Below are positions 1 through 13,011 of a stretch of DNA of 64,000 nt, in pieces. A model generated the notes under the pieces. That model searched no databases, was not told where the DNA came from, and was given only the letters and a program-made list of their open reading frames with translations. Location of the stretch: assembly GCF_038025025.1 (NCBI RefSeq), contig NW_027117341.1, positions 434,001-498,000 of the forward strand, in the 5' to 3' direction. The position numbers and the translations under genes are program-made. Each line of letters begins with the position of its first letter. Within the stretch, counting starts at the first letter, position 1. This stretch comes from Phyllosticta citribraziliensis (lineage: Eukaryota).

Positions 1-2396
1 GGACATCTGATAACCGTGGGCGGGTGTACAGTATCGGCAGCAGTGAGAGAGCAGAATCTTATCTGATGGTAGTGTATCTTTTATCCACTCAAGCGCATTG
101 CCTGTGCATCTAACTGCCTAGCTATGGAGCGGTTGGTCTGCTGCGCTTTTGGTGTGTAAGTGCAGAGGTGGGTTGGGGCGATGGATGGGGGTTCATCGTT
201 CCCGTTCGGTTTGGATGAACAAATGGTTGCTCAGTGGCATCGTGTACCAATGGATGCCCAAGTACTGTGCATTTCTCGGGAACGCGAGGCTCTGATGAAT
301 CGTGTCAACCCCTTCCATTGCACTGCTTTCCGGCTGCGCGAACCGGCAGTGCGTACGTACGTACTGCAGCCGTTCTGTGATGAAGACAATCATGGCTGCG
401 AGTCACTCAGTTCGACCAAACAAGTGAATCGAGAGGCGTCCAACAGCGGGACGACGACGTCCATGAGGAGCAAAGAGAGGACATCCACGAGCGCCGTTCT
501 AGTCCCGCTGGCCATTATGTCGCTGTGTCACCGGTCAGACAGATGCACGAGTAAGTTGGGTAGCTGAGTGCTCGAGTAAGTGAAGCGTTGACGGAGGAGC
601 GTGAGAGAAGACGAGACAGCGAGCGTAGAAAAGAGGAGAAGAGCGTCGAAATACGGACTGCAACGGACGAAGCAGGGGGGATAGCATAACCAGCGCCAGT
701 CAGTCAGTCAATCGGACTTCACCTGGTCTAGGGAAAAACAGACGAGACGAGAGGAGCCCGGGCCAGGTCGAATGTGGGTATCAAACTTTGTCTTTTTTCT
801 TCTCTCTTGCCGCGCTTGCTCTGACTTAGTCGTCTTAGTCGTCTTCGTCGTCGTGGAGACTGGCCGGGGGCGGGTGGATGGGTGGAGAGGAGAAGGACGA
901 CTGGACTAGACGGCTCGGGGGGAGGCTGGCCAGTGGGTCTGCGAAATGCGTGCGGATACGCCAAGGCATGACGAGACGAGAGACGTGTCTATCGTCTTTT
1001 CCGTGGGATGACGAGGTCCTTGGGAAGAGGAATAGTTGGCAGCTACATGATGTTGGACATGCGGGGAGAATGAGATAGTCGGCAAAGCCATGGCATTGAT
1101 ATCAGGTTCCGAGTAGGTGCTGACGAACTGCAGGATAGGTGGATGAACGGATATCGGCATGGAGTCGCATAGATGGCAGTGACTGGGAGAAACACAAAGC
1201 GCCCAGTCTCAAACCAAGACGCTATGCATGTAGTCGACGAGCATTTTGGAAGGTGGTTGGGCACGTCGATTTGCACTCGTATAGCTCGGCGACTTTGAGT
1301 GGGACATCCGCGGAGACGGGACTTGATGTGCCAGACGATTTTGATACAGGAATGTTGGTGTAGACGAAACGCTGCGCCTCGATCCGTCCCACCCTGACTC
1401 GACGCTGTCCGACGGCGGTGGATTGGTTGGTGGGTAGGTGGTGTGCAGTTGGTGTCGCGACCCAGACCAGCATTGAGACAACGACGACGTATGCGAGCAA
1501 GCGGGCCACACAGGACAAGGGTGATAAGCAAGATTGGCAAGCGTCCGCCAGGCGACTCTTCGCTCGGTCAAGTCGTCTGGGCGGGCGTCATCCGTCTCGG
1601 CAAGCTTGGGACATGCTCACTGCCCCCCTGTGCCCTTGGGACTGGAGCCTCGCTGCCACACGGCACCTGCATGGCACTGCCGTTGGATAAAATCGGACCT
1701 TTGCCGGGGAATCTAGAAGCGTTACGCCAACATGGTGTCAAGGAAGGTTTCACAATCGAGATGCGTGCATCTGAGAAGTGGCAGGTAAGCCGACATGGCA
1801 GCAGGGTTGTGGAACAATATCGTCATGACGAGAACGCCGCAGGTTGTCCCATCTGTGGATTGACAGTATTTAAGACTCGCTGGTGCCTGTACCTGTCAAC
1901 ATGGTGCAAGTTGGTAACGCAAGGCTTGGCGTTGACGGACAGACAGATACCTAATCACGTCAACTCGTGCGCCAAGGTTGTCTGCAGACTGTGAGATTCC
2001 AACCTCGTGCATTTGACGGAATCTATGTTTTCGTGCTCGAATTCGTAGAAACGATGCCCCTGCCGCCAGCTTCGGTTGAAAACATGGTCTGAAAAGAGAC
2101 TAAAACAAGTACGACCGACCCTATTTTTTGAGCACCCAACCACCAAAAGACCTCTTGGTTGTTCCCCGGGGACCAGCGTTACGGATTTGGGGAAAAGTCA
2201 GAGGAGTAAAAAACAAACGCCATCGCCATGAACCATGCATCGTCAGACCAAGGGGTCGTCAATGTGAAAGTGGCCGGAAACGGAGAATTTTGTTTGGAAG
2301 AAGGCAATCCAGTAGTCGCGTTGGCGTTGATGAGCCTCAAACGCCCTGCCAATTTAGGAATGATGGAATTTGAAAGCTGATTGCACCTCATGGGTA

Positions 2397-3828
2397 TCAA
2401 GCAGTGGCAGCGGCCTCGTCGGCCTTGGCCTTCTTGGGAGAGTTGCCGCCGGGGGCAGCGCCATCGTCTTCGCGAGCACGCTTCTTGTTGTCCTCCTTGG
2501 GCGCTGAGTTCTCAACTTCGACGATGGGAATGCCGCTGGACAAGTCAGTATACATGACCATCAAGCAATCATAGGTGAGACTTACCGAGCATCGACTTTG
2601 GGGCTCTTCTTCTCCTCCTTCTTTTCGGAGTCGCCCTCACGTTCCCGGTTCCTGTCATTGGGACCGCGACCACCACGTCCACCACGGCCGCCGCGGCCTC
2701 CGCGACCACGACCTCCGCGACCAGGACCGTCACGACCACGACCGCGTCCGCGGCCACGGCCATCGCGCTGGAAGTTGGCCCTGTCCTTGTTCCAGTCATC
2801 GCTGCGGTCAATGCCGTTGTAGTGAGGAGGTCTCGTGGGCTGCGGCTTGATCTTGCCATCCGCAATGTCCTTGGCCTTCATCTCAACGTACTCCTTCTTG
2901 CTCATGATGAGGAGGTCATTGCCCTCGTACTTGGGCTTGGGGTCCAGCTTGAGGAAAGCCTGTTGGGTCGCTTCGTCTTCAAACTCGACAAAGACGCTGC
3001 CCTTGAACTTTTTCGAGGGGAACGTGCGGCGCAGACGGATAGACTTGAATGAGCCGTATTGCAAAAAGAACTTTTCAATGTTGAATTGGGTCATCTCGTT
3101 CTCATCGCCGAAGCCCTTGGCGTAGATGCTGCGGGGCAGGGTGTGGTCGTTGTAGATTCTGACGGCGTTGTCGTCAAACTTGTTGCCAAACTCTTCGGGC
3201 AGGGGAACCTTGCGACGGATCTCTTCGTTGTCGACAACTTCAAGGAAATCGCTCTCCTTGAGGGCATTGACGACGTCGGAGTAAGGCTGGAAGCGGCGCA
3301 TGCGGCTGAAGTTGTGAATGACCTTGATGGGAATGGGCTTGTTCTCATAGCCGGCGGTCTTGTCCATGAGGTACTTGTCGAGGGGGAGGTTGGAGTCAGA
3401 GAAGTAAAACTCGACCTGGGAAAAATTAGTGTCGGCGCAGAACTAACATGAGCTTGATGAGTTACCTGCTTGCGGATTTCGACAGGGTCGTTGCTTTCTT
3501 CACCGACGTAGGCGGGCACTCTGTCGTTCCTGTACTTGCCGCCGCGTTGATTGCTACCGCGGAAGTTTTTGTTGTGCGGCCGTCTCTCAGGCTTGGATGC
3601 ATCCTTGTCTTCAGACTTGGGCTTCTGTTCCTGAGCAGGCTGTTCCGCCGGCTTCACTTCTCCTCCATCCTTGGACTCAGCCTCGGTGGGCTTGGCCTCA
3701 CCCTCCTCTTTCTTGATTTCGCCTTCGGCAGGTGTGTCATTGGCAACAGCAGCGGCGGGCTGATCAACAGTTTGGTCCTGGATCGCGGAGCCAGATTCGA
3801 CATCGACCTTGACCTCGTTTTCAGACAT
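2397..3828 (-). CDS. LHP1: La protein homolog (La motif + RRM + RGG tail)
   Basis: Exons 3828-3466, 3415-2586, 2535-2397 with GT-AG introns. Splicing gives the La motif 'IRKQVEFYFSDSNLP', the RRM RNP1 'KFKGSVFVEF', RGG repeats and a basic C-terminus (KKRAREDD...PKKAK). Confidence 0.95.
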
Positions 3829-4252
3829 GATGTGGTCGTGTTTTTGAGTGTGGAGACGGGTCGCGCAAAGGTGAGGTTGATCTGGTGGGGTCGAGTCAGT
3901 CGGGACAAAAATTCGAGGACGAGGCGGGGAGGTGATGGAGCAAAGAGAACGTACAGGTTGTGGAGGGGAGTTTGTCAAGCGCGGCGATCAAGGAGCAAAA
4001 GCCGGGCGGAGGTTGAAGAAGAGAGCGAGGGCGGAAGGGGAGGTTGAGTTTTGGTGGGCGTCGCGATTTCACTTCAGTCCAAAGCGCAAAGCAAGTCCGT
4101 CGCCGTCGCGGGCGGTGCCAAGATTTCACTTGCAGCTGCCCTCCGATTGGTCCGCCCGTGTGAAGCCTCAGGTCGCGGAGCTCGCTGCGGCCAACTGAAA
4201 GTTGAACACCACACCCGTCCACCTACACCCGCTCGCGCAACCACCACCCACC

Positions 4253-5616
4253 ATGCGGAAACGTCTTCACGCCCTCAAGCGGCCCGTGAGTCTCCTCTCC
4301 GCGGACTTCTGGCTTGTCGCTCACAACTGCGCAGAAAATCAGGGCCGACTGGTCCAAAGAGAATCTCTACAACCTCGCCCGTATGGGCCCGACCAAAGTC
4401 AATGGCACCTTCTTCCAGCAAAAATGGGCAGCAAAGGCCAGGACTCGCGCGTACCACGGAGAGCAGGTCAACGAAGGCCAATGGGAGCGCATGTTCAGCA
4501 AGACAATTCCCGCCGTGGCACCAATGGACGTCTTCAAGCTCGCCAGATCCGACGGAAGCGAGGAGGCTGCTGGACGAGGAAGCGGCGAGGACCTACAAGA
4601 CACAAGCATCATCAACAAGACCATGACGCCGTACATGCAAATGACCTGGCATCCACTCGAGCGGAGACTAGACAATGCCGTGTGGAGGGCGCTGTTCAGC
4701 AGTAGCGCCAGGCAAGCACGGCAGTTTGTTGTGCACGGATGGGTCAAGGTAAATGGAAAGACTGTAAGCGCTATCTTCCGGTTGTGTCATTGACTGCCCT
4801 GACCAATCCGAACAGATGAAGCACCCTGGCTACATGCTCAATGCCGGCGACATGTTCCAAGTCGACCCAGACCGCGTCCTTTACGCCACCGGCGCACGCA
4901 AAGACCAAAACAAATACAACAAGGGCATGTTTGAGATCACAGCGACAAGCAAACCGACCACGACTGAAGACAAGCCCGCCGACCCCGAACAAGCATCCTC
5001 TGAAGCCGAGGCAGAATCAGGCGAAGAAAAGCAACTGTCTCCGGAAGAGCAGCAAAAGGCCGAAGAAGAGAACCGCGACCAAATGACCAAGGAGGTCAAG
5101 GAGAAGCTCAAGTCGCTGCAATCACGCGTGGATCACCTCATGACAAACACCGAAGACCTCAGCCCTGCCCGCAAGCAAGACCTGCGCGGCTTCCGCCAGG
5201 TTCTGCGCAAAATGATGTCCCGCGCCAAGGGCCTCAACACCTTCACAACCGACGACCTGGAGGAGAAGCTCGGCTCCATCGCGCGGCGACTGACGAAGCC
5301 GGCCAAGCGGCCCTCGTCCGACGAGTTTGCGGAGCAGCGCCTCGCTGATTACGAGGAGAGCCTACTCCAGGAGGCCCTGACCAAACTACGCGAGAACCCC
5401 TTTGACCGCTCCAAGCCCTATCTGACGCCGTGGCGGCCGCGGCCGTACATGTCGGCCTTTGCCTTCATCCCGCCCTACCTCGAGGTCAACCAGAATGTGT
5501 GCGCAGCCGTGTTCTTGCGCCCGCCGGTTGCCAGACCCGGCATGGCGGAAGTGCCGACGCCGTTCCCGTACGACACGAACCAGTTGGCCTTCAACTGGTA
5601 CCTGCGCAGACGGTAG
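4253..5616 (+). CDS. NAM9: Mitochondrial small-subunit ribosomal protein S4 (Nam9)
   Basis: Exons 4253-4285, 4335-4763, 4816-5616. S4 motif '[53 protein letters not shown]' and C-terminal '[21 protein letters not shown]...FNWYLRRR'. Confidence 0.93.
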
Positions 5617-7632
5617 ACGAGTTGTATTCTGTTTGGTGGTTGTGGATCAGCAGATGACTGGCCTGCTGCACACATGCAGAAGTGGCATGGTCGAGGAGAT
5701 GGTAGCGTCGAGGGAGACGAACCAGCGCACTATTTGACGCACCGCATGGCCGCTCAATATGGTTGTACCTGTCCGAAAGCACAAGATGTTGGCAGTCTGT
5801 CTGCCGTGACGTGGAAAACGGACGCGCAACCGAGTAGACGGATGGTTGGACGGACGAATGTGAGCGCCACAGCCACTGAACTCATCTTCTACAGGGCTGC
5901 AAAGCCCATCCGTCTTTGGATGCTTGACAGCTGCCCGGGTGGCTGTACCATCTGGTCACGCATGTATTGTACTAAACGCTCAACCCCTCCTCATCAATGG
6001 CGTCCAAAATATATCCCCTTTCAAATGTCCACGCTGCTCAAACTCCTTCATGTCTCGTAGGTATCCGCCCCGCCAGTGCCATTAGCCTACATGTAGTCTT
6101 CAAAGCTTCACCTTGTCCTGGGTAGCTACCAGCAGTAACTCAACACCTAGTCTCAACTTCAAAGTGCCTCGTCCCACGAAGACAACCAAAAGAGGTAACG
6201 AGAAGTGAGCACTCCGAAGCTCAATCGCACCATTGTCATAACCTTCGCCTTTTCTGTCACAAGGTGAATTGCAAAGCTACTTATCAACCTCGCCATTGAT
6301 GCGTCGACGTCGGTACCAGCCAGCCCGCGGCCGGCCACTGCTTCAACATCTGCCCATCCCGCGACACCAACGCCTTGACTTCATCTCTACTCACCAAAGA
6401 CTCGATCGACCAAAGCAAGCCTCCCACCACCACCAAACAGCGTGCCAGATCCGGCCATTCCTCGCTCTCAAACCCGTCTTACTTCATTCCCAGCACAACA
6501 CAACAAAATATAGTCATGCTCTCCCGCTATTTTCAGCATGTACGACCATAGCAGGTAGAAAACTCGGAACCCCGTCCGCTCTTCCATAGATAAGCTACCT
6601 TGCGGCCGATTAGTAGTTGCGTGGGTGACCAGCAGCGAATCCCGGCTGTTGTACGTTTTGCCCTTTTTTGTTCTTTTGTCTCCCGAGATCAGGGGGCGCG
6701 GTGGGGTGTGTGCACCGGGATAGGACAGGGGGGCTGGGTTGATGGGAGGTGGGACGGTGCGGTGGGTGGGTTGGATGTCGAGCTATAGCGCACAAACGGC
6801 AAGCGGCTTTATAGTAGTAGATGGGGATTGTGGTTTTGGTTCGTGGCGTTCTTCTCGCTTTTTTTTTTTTTTCTTCCCCTTTTTTCCTCGTTATTTTGTT
6901 CTCCGCCAACAACTCGGGGTGGGATACCACGGCTCAAGACGGGTTGTGCAATGACGTCGCCAAACCTCCAGTGATATCGAGCCAGTCATTTGTTCGGCAT
7001 GGCAAAAGTGAGTGATGCGCGAGGCGTTCGGGACACCGATGTACTGGATGGACGCATGTATATTTATCCGTCTTTATGTGCGAAACGGACGAGGGACATA
7101 TTCAATTCACTTCAGCGACGAGGGAGACCCAAGGGCCACCAGGCCGACATTATCACAGGCCAAAAAAGAAGTAGACCGCACGTCAGAAAGAACGGCTCCA
7201 TTCAATTCATCAAAAAGAGCCAAGCAGCTGCCATTACTGAATTACGCTAAATATCAAAAGAGGCAAGATAGATGTATGCTTAGAGCCCAATGAGAAACCA
7301 CCAACACCATGCTTCGACGAGTGGGTGTCGTCTAAACCAGAGACGACCAGCCGATGAGGCCCCGGAAGTGAACGCAATAGATTTTGGTTCAGGACAGAGG
7401 CGCTAGGAATGAGAAAGGGAAATTTGCAGCCTGGGGAGGCTGACTTGCATGGCGCCTCGCTCGATGCCATATTGGAGTGAGTGTCGAAGGAGCCAAGTAG
7501 ACACTTGCCGCAATGTGTCCGGAACATCAAGTATGCTGCAGTACGGGCGAAAAAGCAGAAGCCAAGAATGCGAAGCACGATTGTCGAAGACGAGACGACA
7601 CAGGTCAGGAGAACCACACCCTAGGCAGGCAA

Positions 7633-10600
7633 TTATGAGCGATCCGACTTGGTGTGACCCCGCACTCTCTTGAAACAAGCACTAGAAAAAGAATCAAGTC
7701 AGTCAAAAGTCCCTCAGAGACGGCGTCAAACAGGATACGTACAACTCGTTCTTGGTCGACTCGCGCAGCTTCTTCAACACAACGCGCAACTCACCGAGCT
7801 CCGACTGGAGCTTGACTCTTGCATCATTGTCGGTGCGTTCGTCTAGAGCAAGGTAGATGGCACTCTGTATCTCGCTGGCCTTTTCTGTGGTGAAATTGCC
7901 AAGGGTCTGCGCCATGAATTCGACGTCCAGCGTCGCTTGCATTAAGGCGGCCAGGCTGTACTTTGGCCTGGCTTTGAAGTTTTCAATTAGATGCTTGCTG
8001 ATCTGCTCGAGCAGGTACTTGAGAATCTGGCTTGTGAGCGGCGCTGCCGTCGTCGAGACCTGGGTGTGAACGACCACGAGCTCGAGCAAGACGTCGTAAA
8101 CGTAGGTCCGAGCGTCGGTGGGCAGTGGCGAGTTTGGTTCCCAGTCGGGAGAGGCGATACCTTTGCGAACGAGGGCGCCGAGTTTGGTGCTGATGGGGGT
8201 AGTATAGGATTGAAAGAGCCGTGCGTAAATTTGAGACAGGGCGTCGTCCACCTTGTTGGCTTCTTCAGTGAGCTTGACGCTAAAGTGAAATTCGTACTGC
8301 GAGACCAGCTGAGGGATGAGATCTGTGCGGAGAGCCTGCAGATTAGACAAAGTCAAGAGGATGCGGATATTCTTGTCTCCAGCATCTAAGTTGTTAGACG
8401 TCATGTCTCTTGTAGCCAGAGCCCGCAAAGGAAGCGTGAGATCATCAACGTCATCTTCCCATGCCGTGTTATCAAGACTTCTCGGCCTCTCCACATTCTC
8501 TACCATGCCTTGGAGGACTTTGTAGATGCTCGTCACAAACTGGTTTCGAACGACCGACAGCAGCTTGCCTGACGGGGGAATGACAACCTCGTTGGACCCA
8601 GACTTGGTCATGGCTTCGGAAAGGTAGAGAATCTTTTGCATGCTTGCAAGGAGCGAGCTCTCGAGAGCCATGAAGCGGAATGGCATGTAGGTGAGGTATT
8701 TGTTTTCTGACCAGCGGGTCCAGTCTTCCAGCGACTTGACATGATCCGCGTCATCGTTCCATGCAGCGGCGACAGCTTGGACGCAACGTTCTCGGACGCC
8801 TCCGACAAAGACCTTGAGCTCGTCTACCGAACGCGCACTATCGCGAGTAATTTGAAGCGCTGCAAGTTCGCTGGCTGCCGCACCCACCAACAGGAGGACT
8901 TTGCCAAGGTAGTGAATACCACTCAGAGAATTGGCGTATGGCGCCCAGAAAGCATACTTCTCCCAAAATTCTCCTTTGGTGGGCGATGGAGGTGGGTGGC
9001 TGAGGTCAAATTTGAACCTGCTCTCGAAGCTTGGGGTGAGGGGCATTCCAGCGGGCGTCCTGGGAGTCGCGGGAGTGCTTGGTACCGGAGAGTAGAGCAT
9101 GGAAATATCTTGGATTGGTGCGTCATTGAAGAATGAGGCAACCCCGTCTCGCAAAAGGTTAACCAGCTCCTTGGCACCTTTTTGCAGGTCCATGACGCCT
9201 GACGAGGACAGGCGATGGTGCTTCTGGCTCTCACCATCGATGCCAATGGGAAGTTTTGATTGGGCTCTGCCATCGATGAAAGATGATGCAGTCTCCCAAA
9301 ATTCGACGATTTCTCCAAGTACTCCGCCCTGAGGAGAGAGCAGGGCGCCGAGAGACTGGTATTCGTATTCCCAAAAGTCAATGACTTTGGCAGAATCAAT
9401 CTTGACTCCGTGGCCGGGGCGATCTAGATTTTCAGCTGACCGCAAGTGGATGGCAATTTGTCGAGGCGTTGGCTTCTCTCCGTTACCCAGACGTCTGCGC
9501 AGAATCTCAAGCTCGACCTTGGAGCGTTCAAATGTCGCAGTGATTTTGCTCTTGAGGAAGTCGTAGCGACTCCACAGCCAGACCCAAATCGGGTTGTCTT
9601 CCACGCCCAGCTCGAGCAAGATCTTGATGAGTTCCATGTGTTGCACCGGCTTGTCTTCTCCAGACTGTTCCTGCTTGGTGAAATGGGTTCCGGCAAGGCG
9701 CTTCCAAATGTCACGCTTAAAAGTTGCGACTTGTTCCTCGACATCGCTCCACATGCGTGCCGTCAAGATGATTTGGTGAATCTCAGAATCGGTCAAGGCG
9801 ACTCTGCTCTGCTGGGCGCTGTCTACGATCTTTTTTGCGTCGTGGGCATATCTGCGTGCCTTGCCATACTCTTCAGGAAGCAGCTCAAAGTCGTTTCTCT
9901 TGATGCAGTCCTGAATTGAGGATCCGACCTCAAAAAGACTGCGATGCCTTTCCACGGATGCCAGAATGGCCTTGAGGGTTTCTCCTCTTTCACGTCCTCC
10001 CAAAGCTGGACCCCAGATTTCCTCGGCCTTGACTGCTACCTCCAAAAGTGGCGCTTTGATTCCTAGCACGCCGTATTCGCTTTCCTTTGTCAAGGCGGTC
10101 CTTCGCTTGTCACCTCCGCTGGCCGTAGTCTGCGCGGCTGGTTGAACGCTGGCGCGGCGAAACTGTCCAGTCTTGCTGAATTGGCGAGAGTGGCCTCGCG
10201 CTTGAGCCTTTTGCTGTTCTTGCCGGCCCTGGTCCCGCATCTCGTTGTAGACATTATCAATGGTGGCTTTGGCGCGGACGAAGCGTTCAAAGTTGGATTC
10301 GACGAGGACTTTTAGGGAAGCCGACTTCTTCTCAATGGAGCGCGACAGGAAATCGAGGCCTTGCAAAAGGGATTCGGTGGACGCATTGCTGTGTACTTGG
10401 GAGAGGAAGAGACCCGGGTTGAAAGTGGTTGAGGACAGCAGGAAGCGGTTTCCTTTTGGTCGTTAGCAGGAAACTGGGGGTGGAAGTTTAGCTAGATGTT
10501 ACGGACTCAGCTTGAGGTCATCGTCCACGGGCAATCCTCTTTGACGCAGCACTTGTACCACGCTGGGGGCGTTGCCAAGCGGATCAGGCTCGTCCTTTTG

Positions 10601-10831
10601 AACGAGAGCGTCTATGCCCTCCTTGGTCTTTTCGGAACCCGGGACGCTGCTGCGCAAGCTCGATCGTTGGAGCACAGAGTAGCGGGACTGTCTGCGAACC
10701 GGCACAGACGTCTTTGTGCCCTCATTCTCCGAGTCGTCCTCGTCGTTGTCGTCCTTCTCGGCAGGCCATTCGGAGGGGTAGAGGGTCTTGATGTTGTAGT
10801 GCTCGAGCAGAGAGCGCTCCGATTCGGGCAT
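7633..10831 (-). CDS. SEC5: Exocyst complex component Sec5
   Basis: Exons 10831-10507, 10452-7743, 7681-7633. Motifs 'DEPDPLG', 'RNRFLLSSTTFNP', 'LKVLVESNFERFVRAKATID', 'ALMQATLDVEF' and C-terminal 'FACFKR'. Confidence 0.93.
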
Positions 10832-11116
10832 GGCGTCTTGATGCGGCAGACGTGGGGATATTCCAGGCGGGATGCGGTGAGGACCGGGTGGGAGGAGAGG
10901 TGGTCGAAGTGAAGGGGCCCCTCGGGTGTAGTTCTGGGGTGGCCGAGACAATGCCGCGCTGCGAACGGCCCGCGCGGCGGGCACCGGGAAAGCAAAGCTT
11001 CTGATCTTGCTTCTTGCCCAACTCCCACTCCTCCACCACCTCTCGTCCGCCCCACGCCCTACCGTAATCATACCTTACCGCACCGGTCCTCGCCGCACCT
11101 CGTCGTCTCTCCCACC

Positions 11117-12494
11117 ATGCTGGCTAGCCGCTCCTTCGTCTCGCCTGCCAGGCAATTCCTGCGCCAGGCCCAACACGCCCCCAGGTGGACTCCCGCCTTG
11201 AGGACCTACGCGACGGCCGCCGGGGACAAGGTCGCAAAGTTCAAGGGCCAGAAGGGCAATGACGGCAAGTACACCGTCACCCTGATCGAGGGCGATGGCA
11301 TCGGTCCCGAGATTGCGCAGTCGGTCAAGGACATTTACTCGGCCGCCAACGTACGTGCGCCAGGGCAGCATTCCTTCCACTCGTCCGGGGACGCAAGAAT
11401 TGACAGCTGCCATAGGTGCCCATCAAGTGGGAGTCGGTCGACGTCACCCCCAGGCTGGTCGACGGCAAGACTTCCATTCCCCAAGAGTCGATTGACAGCG
11501 TCACGAGGAACTACGTCGCCCTCAAGGGCCCGCTCGCCGTATGCATTACCATGCTGTCCCACCCCCGCGAACAAAGCCCCATCTGACATGTCTGCAGACT
11601 CCCGTCGGCAAGGGTCACGTCTCGCTCAACCTCACTCTGCGCCGCACCTTTAACCTCTTTGCCAACGTCCGTCCCTGCAAGTCCATTGCTGGCTACAAGA
11701 CGCCCTACGACAACGTCAACACGGTCCTGATTCGTGAGAACACCGAGGGTGAATACTCGGGCATTGAGCACGTCGTCGTCGACGGCGTCGTCCAGAGCAT
11801 CAAGCTCATCACTCGCGAGGCCTGCGAGCGCGTCCTCCGCTACGCCTTCCAATACGCCCAAGATGTCGGCCGCAACAAGGTCCGCGCCGTCCACAAGGCC
11901 ACCATCATGAAGATGTCCGACGGTCTCTTCCTCTCCACCGCCCACAGGGTCGCCAAGGAGTACCCTCACATTGAATTCGACGCCGAGCTGCTCGACAACA
12001 CCTGCTTGAAGATGGTCACGGACCCTACCCCCTACAACGACAAGGTCCTCGTCATGCCCAACCTGTACGGAGACATTCTGTCCGACATGAGCGCCGGTCT
12101 CATTGGCGGTCTCGGTCTCACTCCCTCGGGCAACATTGGTGACGAGTGCTCCATTTTCGAGGCTGTCCACGGCTCCGCCCCCGACATTGCCGGCAAGGGC
12201 CTCGCCAACCCCACTGCCCTGCTCCTCTCCTCCATCATGATGCTTACCCACATGGGTCTGCACGAGCACGCCAACAAGATCCAGAACGCCATCTTCAAGG
12301 TCCTCGGCGAGGGCAAGGTACGTACCGATCCATCAACACCAGCCCCCACGTGTCCTCCCTGTCGATCCCTGCCCCAATTCTCTCCCCCTTGCGGCGTAGG
12401 CTAACTCTCCCTTCAACCGCAGACGATAACCGGCGACCTGGGCGGCAAGGCCAAGACGGCCGAGTACGCCGACGCCGTCATCAAGGCCCTCTAA
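11117..12494 (+). CDS. IDH2: NAD-dependent isocitrate dehydrogenase, catalytic subunit 2 (mitochondrial)
   Basis: Exons 11117-11350, 11416-11538, 11598-12317, 12423-12494. Motifs 'GDGIGPEI', '[21 protein letters not shown]', '[14 protein letters not shown]', 'NLYGDILSD', '[14 protein letters not shown]'. Arg/Ser-rich presequence. Confidence 0.96.
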
Positions 12495-13011
12495 GTGTTG
12501 TTTTTGTGACGTGGAGAAAGAACAAAAAAGCGTCGTCGTTGTCGTCTCGTCTGTCGTTGTTCTTGTTGGATCCGTTGTCATTGTTTTGGCAAGCAAGCGA
12601 AGCGCTGAGGGATTCTTACAGGCAATATAGACAAATTGTTGGATCGTTTTTCCTTTTTTTGTTGAAGCAATTGTCGCATGAGTGGTGAGTTGAATTGGCG
12701 GGTGGGTGGTGCCCGATTGTTTATAGAGGATTGGTGGGTGGGTGGATGGGCGATGGATGCACCCCCTTGATGGCAGTGGTAGTCGTCATGTATCATATCA
12801 TATACTAGACGGGCGGCAGGCATATCAAAGACATATACAACCGCACACATATGATCCTTTACACGACGGCCGATGACGCCTTCTACGCGGACACGATTCA
12901 ATGCCTTGCTTGCTTTCATTCATTCTTTCCGTGCTTGCTCGGCTCCCTCGTCTCGTGATGCCTCAGCCAGGTATCATCGTACAAGGTACAGGTACGTATA
13001 CGTAAAGAAGT

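Noticed and set aside
1..2300. Several 60-180 aa ORFs at the left end
   Set aside because: No recognisable domain or codon bias. The purine/pyrimidine skew at about 590-900 suggests leader or promoter DNA of a gene outside the window, but this cannot be supported from the sequence here.
3828..4253. Head-to-head gene pairs (LHP1/NAM9, SEC5/IDH2, ARH1/membrane protein) as a functional cluster
   Set aside because: Short bidirectional promoters between unrelated housekeeping genes are ordinary in compact fungal genomes.
11511..12269. Long antisense ORFs over IDH2 (also over the KH gene 45528-46418, STU1 32420-33259, EAF7 52648-53592, RhoGAP 26751-27527)
   Set aside because: Shadow ORFs caused by high GC3 codon bias; no independent motifs.
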